From an uncultured Candidatus Rokubacteria bacterium (GTDB lineage: Bacteria > Methylomirabilota > Methylomirabilia > Rokubacteriales > CSP1-6): 64,000 nt of DNA. A program made the translations under genes and the position numbers. Below the pieces are notes generated by a model. The model was not told the DNA's origin and made no database searches. It saw nothing but the letters and a program-made list of their open reading frames with translations. Of the stretch, positions 25,316 to 35,788 are shown in pieces (position 1 is the stretch's first letter; the number at the start of each line of letters is the position of its first letter). The stretch is taken from assembly GCA_963762145.1 (NCBI GenBank), contig CAVXJS010000021.1, positions 480,001 through 544,000 on the forward strand, given 5' to 3'.

Positions 25316-26989
25316 ATGCCCTTTCTCTCCGGCAAGCAGGCGTTTCTTCAGATCCTGAAGGACGAAGGCGTCGACACCATGTTCGGCAATCCGGGCACCA
25401 CCGAGCTGCCCTTGATGGACGGGCTCGTGCGGGAGCCGAGCATCCGCTACATCCTCGCGCTGCAGGAAGCGGTCGCGATCAGCATGGCCGACGGCTACGC
25501 GCAGGCGAGCGGCAAGCTGGGCGTGGTCAACGTCCACACCTCGCCCGGCCTCGGCAACGCGATGGGCATGCTCTACGACGCCTACGAGGCGGGGACGCCC
25601 CTGCTCGTCACCGCAGGCCAGCACGATCAGGCCATGAACCTCACCGAGCCCATCCTCTGGTCCGATCTGCCCCCGGTGGCGCGCCCGTACGTGAAGTGGT
25701 CGCACGAGATCACCCGGCTCGAGGACCTGCCCCGCGCGGTCCGGCGCGCGGTCAAGACCGCGATGGCGCATCCCACCGGCCCGGTGTTCATCTCGCTGCC
25801 GGTGGACGTGCTGAACGCGGAGCGCGAGCTGGACCTGATGCAGTCCACCCGCGTGGCCCCGCGCATCCGCGGCGACCGCGGCGCGATCGAGGCGGCCGCC
25901 GACCTCCTGGCGAAGGCGTCCCGGCCGATCCTGATCTCGGGCGACGCGGTGGCCCACGGCGACGCGCTCGCCGAGATGGCCCAGCTCGCAGAGCTGCTCG
26001 GCGCGCCGGTGTACACCGAGTGCGTGCCCTCCACCTGCTCCTTCCCGTTCACGCACCCGCTCTACCACGGCCCGTTCCCGCGCCTCGGCCAGCCCATCCG
26101 CCAGCTCCTCATGCAGCACGACCTGCTGTTCTCGGTGGGCGGCGACCTCTTCACGCTCTCACTACCCTCGGACGTGGAGCCGATGCCGGAAGGGCTGCCC
26201 CTGATCCATCTCGACCTCGATCCCTGGGAGATCGGCAAGAACTACCCGGCCCAGGTGGCGATCCAGGGCGATCCGAAGGCCACGCTGCCCGAGCTGGTGG
26301 AGGCCCTCAAGCGGCGCCAGACCGCGTCGCAGGCCAAGGACGTGAGCGCGCGCGTGGAGAAGCTGCGGGTCGCCCAGGAGGCGCGGCGCGAGGCGCTGCG
26401 CCAGGAAGCGGCCGCCCAGGCGAGCCGTCACCCCATCAGCCCGCTCGCGCTGGTCGGCGCGGTCGCGGGCGCGGTCCCGGACGAGGCCATCATCGTGGAC
26501 GAGACCATCTCCTCGAGCCACGGCGTGCGCGAATTGCTCCGCGCCCGCGACCACCGCGGCTTCTACGGCCTGCGGGGCGGCGGCATCGGCTGGGGCCTGC
26601 CCGCCTCCATCGGCGTGAAGCTGGCCCAGCCCAACCGGCCGGTGATCGCGCTGGTGGGCGACGGCAGCGCGATGTACACGATCCAGTCGCTGTGGACGGC
26701 CGCGCACGACTCCGTCGCGGTGGTCTTCGTGATCTTCAACAACCAGTCCTACCGCATCCTCAAGCAGCGCACCCAGGCCCTCAAGGGCTTCTCGGCGGAG
26801 GACAACGAGTACGTGGCGATGGACCTGATCAAGCCGGGCCTCGACTACGTGGGCCTCGCGAAGGCGCAGGGCGTGCCCGGCGAGACGGTGGAGAAGGCGC
26901 CCGACATCGCCACCGCGATCAAGCGCGGGATGGCCTCCGGCGGGCCCTACCTGGTGGACGTCCGCATCGACGGCTCGCTGCGCGCCTGA
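25316..26989 (+). CDS. ThDP-dependent enzyme, benzoylformate decarboxylase-like
   Basis: FGNPGTTELP, LQEAVA, GLGNAMG, GDGSAMY...NNQSY. Confidence 0.88.
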   Translation: MPFLSGKQAFLQILKDEGVDTMFGNPGTTELPLMDGLVREPSIRYILALQEAVAISMADGYAQASGKLGVVNVHTSPGLGNAMGMLYDAYEAGTPLLVTAGQHDQAMNLTEPILWSDLPPVARPYVKWSHEITRLEDLPRAVRRAVKTAMAHPTGPVFISLPVDVLNAERELDLMQSTRVAPRIRGDRGAIEAAADLLAKASRPILISGDAVAHGDALAEMAQLAELLGAPVYTECVPSTCSFPFTHPLYHGPFPRLGQPIRQLLMQHDLLFSVGGDLFTLSLPSDVEPMPEGLPLIHLDLDPWEIGKNYPAQVAIQGDPKATLPELVEALKRRQTASQAKDVSARVEKLRVAQEARREALRQEAAAQASRHPISPLALVGAVAGAVPDEAIIVDETISSSHGVRELLRARDHRGFYGLRGGGIGWGLPASIGVKLAQPNRPVIALVGDGSAMYTIQSLWTAAHDSVAVVFVIFNNQSYRILKQRTQALKGFSAEDNEYVAMDLIKPGLDYVGLAKAQGVPGETVEKAPDIATAIKRGMASGGPYLVDVRIDGSLRA

Positions 26990-27156
26990 GCGCGGGCGGC
27001 GGACTCGGCCGCGCGGCCGCGTCCTGCTCGCGGCCCGAGACGTACGCGCGCGGCAACGCTCTTGCGCTGTCCCGGGCCGCGGGTATACCGTCATCTGCGC
27101 ATGCCGGCCCGCGTATGCCGTCCGCGGAATACTCGCCGCTTCGAGAGGAGTCAACG

Positions 27157-28288
27157 ATGACCGAAGGCAGCCAGCTCATCCGGGGTCTGGAGGGGGTGGT
27201 CGCCGCCGAGACGCGTCTCTGCGACCTGGACGGCCGGAACGGACGCCTCGCCTACGGCGGCTACGACATCGACGAGCTGGCGCGACAGGCCACCTTCGAG
27301 GACGTGGCCTACCTGCTCTGGCACGACGAGCTGCCCGCCCGGGGGCCCCGCGAGAAGTTCCAGGCCGAGCTGGCGGCCGCGCGGCCCATTCCCGACGCGC
27401 TGATCCGCGCTTTCGCGCTCATGCCGCGAGACACCGATCCCATGCGGGTGCTCCAGGCCGCCGTCGCGATCCTCGGCATGCACGATCCGGACGCCACCGA
27501 CAACTCGCGCGCGGCCAACCTGCGCAAGTCGGTGCGGCCTGACCAGCCAGTTCGCGACCGCCATCTGCGCGCATCATCGCGTGCGGAACGGGCAGGCGCC
27601 GGTGCCGCCGTCGAAAGAGCTCTCCCACGCGGCCAACTTCCTGTACATGCTCACCGGCGAGGCCCCGAGCCCGGTCACCACCCGGGCGGTGGACGCGAGC
27701 CTCACCCTCTACGCCGAGCACGAGCTGAACGCGTCCACCTTCACGACGCGCGTCATCGCGGCCACCCTCTCGGACATGCACTCCGCGGTGGCGGGCGGGG
27801 TGGGCGCGCTGAAGGGCACGCTCCACGGCGGCGCGGGCGAGGCGGTGATGCGCACCCTTCTGGAAGTCGGCTCGCTCGACAACGTGGACAGCTTCGTGGA
27901 CCGCTCGATGAGCGAGAAGCGGCGGCTGATGGGCTTCGGGCACCGCGTCTACACCGCGGGCGACCCGCGCGCGACGATCCTGAAGGGCCTCGCCGAGGCG
28001 GCGTGCCGCCAGTCGGGCCAGGCGCTCTGGTACGACCTGGCGGTCGCGCTCCACGCCAAGGTGCAGGCCACCAAGCGCCTCATTCCCAACGTGGACTTCT
28101 ACTCGGCGCCGCTCTTCTACTCGATCGGGATCCCGGTGGACCTCTTCACCCCGGTCATCGCGGCGTCCCGCATCGCGGGCTGGACCGCCAACCTGCTCGA
28201 GCAGTACGATGACAACCGCCTGATCCGCCCCCGCGCCGACTACAAGGGCCACCCCCGCCGCCCCTTCGTCCCCCTCGACAAGCGATAA
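27157..28288 (+). CDS. Citrate/2-methylcitrate synthase (one +1 indel near 27537)
   Basis: GLEGVV, AEHELNAST, LHGGA, GFGHRVY, NVDFYS, RLIRP. Confidence 0.88.
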
Positions 28289-28301
28289 GATAGAAGCCGC
28301 C

Positions 28302-30239
28302 ATGGGCCAGAGCCTGACCCGCAAGCTCCTGGACGCCCACCTGGTCTCCGGCAAGACGGTGGCCGGCGAAGAGATCGGGCTCCGCGTGGACCAGGCCCTG
28401 CTCACCGACACCAACGGGACGATGGCGTTCCTGCAGTTCGAGGCCATGGGCTTCCCGCGCGTGCGCCCGTCGCGCGTGGTCGCCTACATCGACCACAACG
28501 TCTACCAGGTGGACTCGCGCAACTCGGACGACCACCGGTACCTGCAGACCGCGTCGAGCCGCTACGGGGCCTGGTTCTCCAAGCCGGGCAACGGCATCTG
28601 CCACCAGGTCCACTTCGAGTCCTTCAGCGTCCCCGGCCAGTTCGTGCTGGGCACCGACAGCCACACCCCGCTCTGCGGCTCGACCGGCATGCTGGCCATC
28701 GGCGCGGGCGGCCTCGACGTGGCGGTGGCGATGGGCGGCGGGCCGTACCACGTGGTCATGCCGCGCGTGATCTCGGTGTGGCTCACCGGATCGCTGCGCC
28801 CGTGGGTCTCGGCCAAGGACGTGATCATGGAGCTGCTGCGGCGCTACACCGTGCGCGGCGGCAGCGGCCGGATCTTCGAGTACGGCGGACCCGGGGCGGC
28901 GACCCTCTCGCTTCCCCAGCGGGCCACCATCTGCAACATGGGCGCCGAGCTCACGCTGACCACCAGCGTGTTCCCCTCGGACGAGGCGACGCGCGAGTAC
29001 TTCCGCCTCCTCGGACGCGAGGCCGACTGGCGTCCCCTGGCCGCGGACGCCGACGCGGAGTACGACGACCGGATCGAGCTCGATCTCTCGAGCCTCGAGC
29101 CGCTGGTCGCCATGCCCGGATCGCCGGATCGCGTGGTCCCGGTGTCCGAGGTCGAGGGGCTCGAGATCGAGCAGGTGATGGTGGGCTCCTGCACCAACTC
29201 CTCGTGGGAGGACATGCAGGCGGTGACCCGCGTGCTCGAGGGCCGCAAGGTCGCGCCGTCGGTCTCCTTCGTGGTCTTCCCGGGCAGCCACCGCATCCTC
29301 GAGGTGATGGCGCGCGAGGGGCTGCTCGCCACCCTGCTCGCGGCGGGCGCCACGATCTCCGAGCCCACCTGCGGCGCCTGCGCGGGCATCGGCCACGTGC
29401 CCGCCTCGGGCGGACGGAGCCTGCGGGCCTTCAACCGCAACTTCCCGGGCCGGAGCGGCACCAAGGACGACGCGGTCTACCTGTGCTCGCCGCTGACCGC
29501 CGCCGTCTCCGCCCTCAGTGGGCGCATCAGCGATCCGCGCAAGGCCGGCGCGCCGCCCGAGCGGCACTGGCCGGCGAGCCTGCTGGCCTCGGTGGCCGGG
29601 CTGATCCCGCCGCTGGCGCCGTCCGAGGCCGCGGGCGTCGAGGTCCTCAAGGGGCCGAACATCAAGCCGGTGCCGCGCGGCGTTCCGACCGAGGAGCGGC
29701 TGACCGCGCCGGTGCTCATCAAGCTCGGCGACAAGGTCTCCACCGACGACATCTCCCCGTCCGGCACCGCGGTGCTGATGTTCCGCTCCAACGTGCCGGC
29801 CATCTCCGAGTTCTGCTTCCGCAACGTGGATCCCGACTTCGTGGCGCGCGCCCGCGCGGCGGGCGGCGGCGTGATCGTGGGTGGCGAGATCTACGGCCAG
29901 GGCTCGTCGCGCGAGGCGGCGGTGCTCTCGCCGCTGCACCTGGGAGTGCGGGCGGTGCTGGCCAAGAGCTTCGCCCGCATCCACCGATCCAACCTGATCA
30001 ACTGGGGCATCGCGCCGCTCGAGTTCGAGAACCCGGCGGACGCCGACGCCATCGAGCGCGACGACGTGCTCGACTTCGAGAACCTGCGCGAGAGCCTCGC
30101 GGCGGGCACCGCGGTGGCGGTGGTGAACCGGCGCACCGGGGCGCGCTTCCGGATGCGCGCGATCCTGAGCCCGCGCGAGCGCGACATGCTGCTGGCCGGC
30201 GGCCTGCTCACCCAGACCGCCGCCTCCAGGGGGGAATAG
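28302..30239 (+). CDS. Aconitase-family hydratase (compact 645-aa type)
   Basis: IDHN, GICHQ, DSHT, GSCTN, CGAC, NRNF, GSSRE. Confidence 0.9.
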   Translation: MGQSLTRKLLDAHLVSGKTVAGEEIGLRVDQALLTDTNGTMAFLQFEAMGFPRVRPSRVVAYIDHNVYQVDSRNSDDHRYLQTASSRYGAWFSKPGNGICHQVHFESFSVPGQFVLGTDSHTPLCGSTGMLAIGAGGLDVAVAMGGGPYHVVMPRVISVWLTGSLRPWVSAKDVIMELLRRYTVRGGSGRIFEYGGPGAATLSLPQRATICNMGAELTLTTSVFPSDEATREYFRLLGREADWRPLAADADAEYDDRIELDLSSLEPLVAMPGSPDRVVPVSEVEGLEIEQVMVGSCTNSSWEDMQAVTRVLEGRKVAPSVSFVVFPGSHRILEVMAREGLLATLLAAGATISEPTCGACAGIGHVPASGGRSLRAFNRNFPGRSGTKDDAVYLCSPLTAAVSALSGRISDPRKAGAPPERHWPASLLASVAGLIPPLAPSEAAGVEVLKGPNIKPVPRGVPTEERLTAPVLIKLGDKVSTDDISPSGTAVLMFRSNVPAISEFCFRNVDPDFVARARAAGGGVIVGGEIYGQGSSREAAVLSPLHLGVRAVLAKSFARIHRSNLINWGIAPLEFENPADADAIERDDVLDFENLRESLAAGTAVAVVNRRTGARFRMRAILSPRERDMLLAGGLLTQTAASRGE

Positions 30240-30242
30240 CTC

Positions 30243-31342
30243 ATGGCCCAGCATCGGGTCCGGGCGGTCTACATGCGCGGCGGCACCAGCCGCTGCCTCG
30301 CCTTCCACGAGCGCGACCTGCCCCCGGCGGGGCCCGAGCGCGACCGCATCCTGCTCTCCGCGCTGGGCAGCCCCGACCCCTACGGCCGCCAGCTCGACGG
30401 GCTGGGCGGCGGCATCTCGTCGCTGTCGAAGGCCTTCATCATCGGCGCCCCCACCCATCCGGACGCGCAGGTGGACTACACCTTCGCGCAGGTCGAGGTG
30501 AGCCGGACCGTGGTGGACTACACCGGCAACTGCGGCAACTGCTCCTCGGCGGTGGGGCCCTTCGCCATCGACGAGCGCCTCGTGCCGTCGGCCGACGGCG
30601 AGACCGTCGGTGCGGATCCACAACACCAACACCAAGAAGATCATCGTGGCGCGCGTGCCGGTGGCGGACGGCGAGGCCGCGGTGCTGGGCGACTTCGAGC
30701 TCCCCGGCGTGGCCGGCCTCGGCGCGCGCATCGCGCTCGACTTCCTCGAGCCGGGCGGCGCCCGCACCGGCCGGCTGCTGCCCTCCGGGCGGGCGCGCGA
30801 GATCATCGCCGGGGTCGAGGCCTCGATGGTGGACGCCACCAACCCGATGGTCTTCGTCCGCGCCAAGGACCTCGGGCTCACCGGCATCGAGACCCCGCAG
30901 GCGATGGACGGCGACCACGCGCTGGTGGCGCGGCTCGAGGCCATTCGCGTGGGCGCCGCGGAGGCGATGGGCATCCCGGGCAGCGCGGCGACTCCGAAGA
31001 TCGCGGTGGTGGCGCCGCCCTACCGGCTTCGTCGCGCTCGACGGCGCCGCCTACGACCCCGAGCAGACCGACGTGGTCGCGCGCTGCATCTCGATGGGCA
31101 ATGCCCATCGCGCGTTCGCGCTGACCGCGGCGATGTGCCTGGCGGTGGCCGCCCAGATCGACGGCACGGTGGTGAGCGAGTGCGCGGGCGGCCGCGTCGG
31201 CGACCTGCGGCTCGGTCACCCGTCGGGCGTGCTCCCCATCGCGGCGACGGTGGGCCGCAAGGACGGCGCGCCCTGGGCCGAGCGCGTGACGGTGTACCGC
31301 ACGGCGCGCCGGCTCATGGAAGGCTACGTGAGGGTGCCGTGA
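30243..31342 (+). CDS. prpF: PrpF-family isomerase (two +1 indels near 30609 and 31021)
   Basis: YMRGGTSR, DGLGGGISSLSK, GNCGN, SMGNAHRA, GHPSG, RTARRLMEG. Confidence 0.85.
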
Positions 31343-31378
31343 CCGCGGGGCGCCCGCCCGCGCTGACCCCGCGCTGAA

Positions 31379-32534
31379 ATGCCGCTGCCGACGCTCACCG
31401 ACGAGCACGAGATGCTCCGCCGGACGGTCCGCGCCTTCGTGGAGAAGGAGGTCGCGCCCCAGGTGGACGCCTGGGAGGAGGCCGGCCGCATCCCGCGCGC
31501 GTTCTGGCGGCGGCTGGGCGAGCTCGGTCTCCTCGGTCTCGAGTTCCCCACCGAGTACGGCGGCGCGGGCGGCGACTTCCTCTCGAGCGTGGTGCTGGGC
31601 GAGGAGATGGCCCGCTGCCGCTCCGGCGGCGTCGCCTTCAGCGTGCTCGTGCACACCGACATGTCTTCGCCCTGGCTCACCCGCTACGGCACCGACGCGC
31701 AGAAGCGCCGCTACCTGCCGGGCATCGTGAGCGGCGAGACGGTCTGCGCGCTCGGCATCACCGAGCCGGGCACGGGGTCGGACATGGCGAGCATCGCGAC
31801 GCGGGCGGTGCGCGACGGTGACGGGTACCGGCTGACCGGCAGCAAGATCTTCATCACCAACGGGGTGTACGGGGATCTCTACTTCGTCGCCGCCCGCACC
31901 GGCCCCGGCACCGCGGAGCGCCGGCACGCGGGCATCTCGATGTTCCTGGTGGAGCGCGACACGCCCGGCTTCACGGTGAGCCGGCGTGCTCGACAAGATG
32001 GGCATGCGCGCCTCCGACACCGCGGAGCTGTCGCTGCAGGACTGCCCGGTGCCGGCCGAGAACCTGCTGGGCGAGGAAGGCCGCGGCTTCCACCAGCTCG
32101 CGGCGGGACTGCAGCGCGAGCGCATCATGGCCGCGGTGCTCGCGCTCTCCGGCGCGGCGCAGGCCCTCGAGGACACGCTCGCGTACGTGCGCGAGCGGCA
32201 CGCCTTCGGCGAGCCCCTCGCGGCCAGGCAGGCGCTGCGGCACCGGCTCGCCGACATGGCCACCGAGATCGAGGCCGCGCGCCATCTCGTCTACCACGCG
32301 GCGTCGCTCTACACCGCGGGCCGCGACTGCGTCACCGAGGTGTCCATGGCGAAGCTCTTCGCCACCGAGGTGGCCAACCGGGTGGCCTACCAGGCGGTGC
32401 AGCTGCACGGCGGCTACGGCTACATGAGCGAGTTCCCGGTCGAGCGCTTCTTCCGCGACGTGCGCCTGTGGACGATCGCCTCCGGCACCTCCGAGATCAT
32501 GCGCGAGATCGTCGCGAAGCGACTGCTCTCGTGA
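31379..32534 (+). CDS. Acyl-CoA dehydrogenase (+1 indel near 31987)
   Basis: ITEPGTGSD, GSKIFITNG, QLHGGYGY, GTSEIMR. Confidence 0.88.
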
Positions 32535-33286
32535 CCGACACTCCGGCCGCCGTCCTCACCGCGGAGGGCCCGGTGGCCCGGCTCACGCTCGAGCGCCCGC
32601 AGGCCCGCAACGCTCTCAGCCGCGCGATGGCGGACGCGCTCGACGCGGCGCTGGCGCGTCTGGCGACCATGGACGCGGTCCGGGTCGTGGTGGTGGCCGG
32701 CCGCGGGCGCTCCTTCTGCGCGGGCGCCGACATCGGCGAGATGCCCACGCTGTCGCCCGCGGAGGCGGAGACGCTCTCCGGTCGCTGGCAGCGCATCATG
32801 GACGGCTTCGCGGCCCTGCCTCAGGTCACGATCGCGGCGGTGCAGGGCCACGCCCTCGGCGGCGGGCTCATGCTCGCGATCGCCCAGGACCTCCGGGTGG
32901 CCGAGGTGTCCGCGCGCTTCGGGCTGCCCGAGGTCACGCTCGGCTTCAATCCCGGCTACGGCATCGCGCGGCTGCTCGACATCGCGGGCGGCGCCCACGC
33001 GCGCGATCTCATGCTCACCGCGCGCGTCGTGGACGCGGCGGAGGCGCACCGCATGGGTCTGGTCACGCGCGTGGTGGCCGACGGCGAGCTCGAAGCGGCC
33101 GCGCTCGAGCTGGCGCAGGAGGTTGCGCGCTCGCCGCGGGGCGGGCTGGCCGCCACCAAGGCCATCACCGCCGAAATCCGGGCGGGGCGGGCCGGCGCCG
33201 AGTCCCGCGCCTACGCCGCGCTCCGGGCCGCGCCCGACGCGCAGGCGCGGATCGCGGCCTTCCTGAATCGCCGCCGGGTCTCCTAG
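32531..33286 (+). CDS. Enoyl-CoA hydratase/isomerase family protein
   Basis: FCAGAD, GHALGGG, FGLPEV. Confidence 0.9.
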   Translation: MTDTPAAVLTAEGPVARLTLERPQARNALSRAMADALDAALARLATMDAVRVVVVAGRGRSFCAGADIGEMPTLSPAEAETLSGRWQRIMDGFAALPQVTIAAVQGHALGGGLMLAIAQDLRVAEVSARFGLPEVTLGFNPGYGIARLLDIAGGAHARDLMLTARVVDAAEAHRMGLVTRVVADGELEAAALELAQEVARSPRGGLAATKAITAEIRAGRAGAESRAYAALRAAPDAQARIAAFLNRRRVS

Positions 33287-33313
33287 AGAAGCCCCCGACC
33301 AGAAAGGACACGT

Positions 33314-34352
33314 ATGGCCGACGCCACGCTTCCACTCCTGTACACCCACGTGATGGGCAGCCACGGCTTCCCCTCGTGGTTCTGGACCGCGCTCGACAAG
33401 ATCAAGGCGGGCGAGTACGGCCAGACCGACGTGCGCGAGACCTTCGACGACGCCACCCAGCTCGCGATCCGCGACCAGGAGCGCGCGGGCATCGACGTGC
33501 TCTGCGACGGCGAGATGCGCCGCTACTTCTTCGTGCAGACATTCTACGGCCACATGGACGGGCTCGAGACGCTCGAGCCGCTGCGCAAGACCGGCCTCTA
33601 CGCCTACGACAGCGTGCCGCGCTACCGCGCGACGCGGAAGGTCACGGTGCCGAAGGGCCTCGGCACCGTGGACGAGTTCAAGTACCTGGTCACCCAGACC
33701 GACAGGCCGGTGAAGGCCACCTGCCCCGGGCCGGTGACGCTCTCGATCCACATCCAGACGCGGCCCGGCGACGCCTACGACGAACGACCGGCTCGCGCTC
33801 TGCTGGGACCTCGTGCCCGCGGTCAACGCCGAGCTGAAGGCGCTGGCCGCCGCCGGCGCCACCTGGATCCAGGTGGACGAGCCCTCCGCCGCCATCGTGC
33901 CCGGCCAGGCCGCCGAGTACGTGAAGATGTTCAACGCCTGCGTGGAGGGCGTGCAGGCCAAGATCGGCTACCACGTCTGCTTCGGAAATCTATTGTCGCG
34001 GCCGCGGGGCAAGCGGTCGTACCGGTGGATGTTCCCGATGCTGCTCGAGACCCGCTGCGACCAGTTCGTGTTCGAGTACGCCAACCGCGAGATGGCCGAG
34101 ATCGAGATGTGGAAGGAGATCGGGGTGGACCGCGACGTGGCGTGCGGGGTGGTTGACGTGAAGAGCTTCTACATGGAAACTCCCGAGGACATCGCGGAGC
34201 GGGTGGCCCTGTGCCTCCGATCCATCCCGGCGGAGCGGCTGTCCCTGCTGCCGGACTGCGGCTTCTTCCCGGTCCCGCGCTGGGTGGCGTTCGAGAAGCT
34301 CAAGCGCCTCACCGCCGGCGTGGCGCTGGCGCGCAAGCGGCTGCAGGGCTAG
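33314..34352 (+). CDS. Single-barrel MetE-like (methionine synthase II family) Zn protein (+1 indel near 33782)
   Basis: DGEMRR, IQVDEP, HVCFGN, GVVDVKS, PDCG. Confidence 0.85.
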
Positions 34353-34381
34353 GACCAATCACTCTCACAGAGGAGAGCCTC

Positions 34382-35686
34382 ATGGCAACCGCAGAGGAGA
34401 GCCCCACGGCAACAACGAGACGCGAGTTCCTGACCATGGTGGGCGGCGCGGCCGCGGCGGGCGCGGTATCCGCGCCGGTGGTGGCGCGGGCGCAGGCGAA
34501 GAAGGGCGTGCCCACGGATCCGGTCAAGATCGGGGTGGTCGCCATCCGGGCCGGCATCGCGGCGCCGGTCGGGACCGCGGGGCTTCGCGGCACCGAGTGG
34601 TGGGCCGAGCGGGTCAACAAGGCGGGCGGCATCCTGGGCCGCAAGGTCGAGCTCGTGGTCGAGGAAGAATCCACCCCGAAGGACACCGTCGAGCGCTATC
34701 GCAAGCTCATCCTGCAGGACAAGTGCGAGGTCGTGCTGGGCGGCATCTCCACCGGCGTGACCCTGGCGCTGGCCCCGGTGGCCGAGGACCTGGCCACGCC
34801 GTGGCTCTCGTGGGACGGCACGACCCAGAAGGGCGTGGACGAGACCATGCCCAATCCGAAGTGGGCCTTCCGCAGCGTGGACAACGAGGTCGAGGCGATC
34901 GTGGCCGGGCAGCTCACCCCCAAGTACTTCAAGGGCATCAAGACGGTGGCCGGCATCGGCAACGACTACTCCTACGGCCACGACTGCTGGCAGACGTACC
35001 AGGCGGTGCTCAAGCGCTACATCCCGGACGTGAAGTTCGTGCTCGAGCTGTTCCCCAAGCTCGGGGTCACCGACTTCACCTCGCACATCGCGGCGATCCA
35101 GCAGTCGAAGGCGGATCTGCTGATGTGCTCGTTCTGGTCGGGCGACGCCACCATCATCATGAAGCAGGCGGCGGCGGTGGGCCTCTTCAAGACCATGAAG
35201 GGGGTGTTCACCACCGCGGGCGGCGTGCACGACTCGCTCAAGAAGGAGTTCACCCCCGAGGGGCTCCTGCTCGGCTACAACTCGATGTACTTCGACGATC
35301 CCAAGGGCAGCGCGCTGCTCAAGCAGTTCGTCCGCGAGTACAAGGCCAAGTACAACGAGTACCCGCCCTACGAGTGCGACCACGGCTACTTCTGCGCCGA
35401 GTCCTACAAGGGCGCGGTGGAGAAGGCCTACGCGGCGGCCGGGCAGTGGCCGTCCAAGGAGCAGGTGGTGAAGGCGCTCGAGGGCATCGAGGTGGAATCG
35501 CTCTCCGGCAAGCGGAGCTGGCGAGAGGACCACATCCAGATGTGCAGCTTCTACCAGGGCGTCACGACCCACAAGAACAGCTACGACTTCGTCACGATCG
35601 ACCCGATCGAGGTCGTCTCGACCAAGCAGGGCATGAAGCCGGCCGGCGCCAAGCTCATGGACTGGATCGCGAGCTGGAAGATCTGA
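34382..35686 (+). CDS. Liv-type ABC substrate-binding protein, Tat-exported
   Basis: TRREFL Tat motif; GGILGRKVELV; DYSYG. Confidence 0.9.
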   Translation: MATAEESPTATTRREFLTMVGGAAAAGAVSAPVVARAQAKKGVPTDPVKIGVVAIRAGIAAPVGTAGLRGTEWWAERVNKAGGILGRKVELVVEEESTPKDTVERYRKLILQDKCEVVLGGISTGVTLALAPVAEDLATPWLSWDGTTQKGVDETMPNPKWAFRSVDNEVEAIVAGQLTPKYFKGIKTVAGIGNDYSYGHDCWQTYQAVLKRYIPDVKFVLELFPKLGVTDFTSHIAAIQQSKADLLMCSFWSGDATIIMKQAAAVGLFKTMKGVFTTAGGVHDSLKKEFTPEGLLLGYNSMYFDDPKGSALLKQFVREYKAKYNEYPPYECDHGYFCAESYKGAVEKAYAAAGQWPSKEQVVKALEGIEVESLSGKRSWREDHIQMCSFYQGVTTHKNSYDFVTIDPIEVVSTKQGMKPAGAKLMDWIASWKI

Positions 35687-35696
35687 CCCCCGCCCA

Positions 35697-35781
35697 CCCC
35701 CTCACCCTGCCCTCTCCCCCTCACGGGGGAGAGGGTTCCCGTCCCCCCTCTCCCCACCGGGGAGAGGGCAGGGTGAGGGGG
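35697..35781. repeat. BoxC-like inverted doublet
   Basis: CCCCTCACCCTGCCCTCTCCCCCTCACGGGGGAGAGGG followed by the reverse-oriented copy. Confidence 0.9.
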
Positions 35782-35788
35782 CCGTTCC

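Noticed and set aside
25316-26989. ThDP enzyme as a 2-hydroxyisobutyryl-CoA lyase linked to hcm
   Set aside because: Motifs (GNPGTTELP, GLGNAMG) fit the benzoylformate decarboxylase family, and it is 10 kb away in a separate unit
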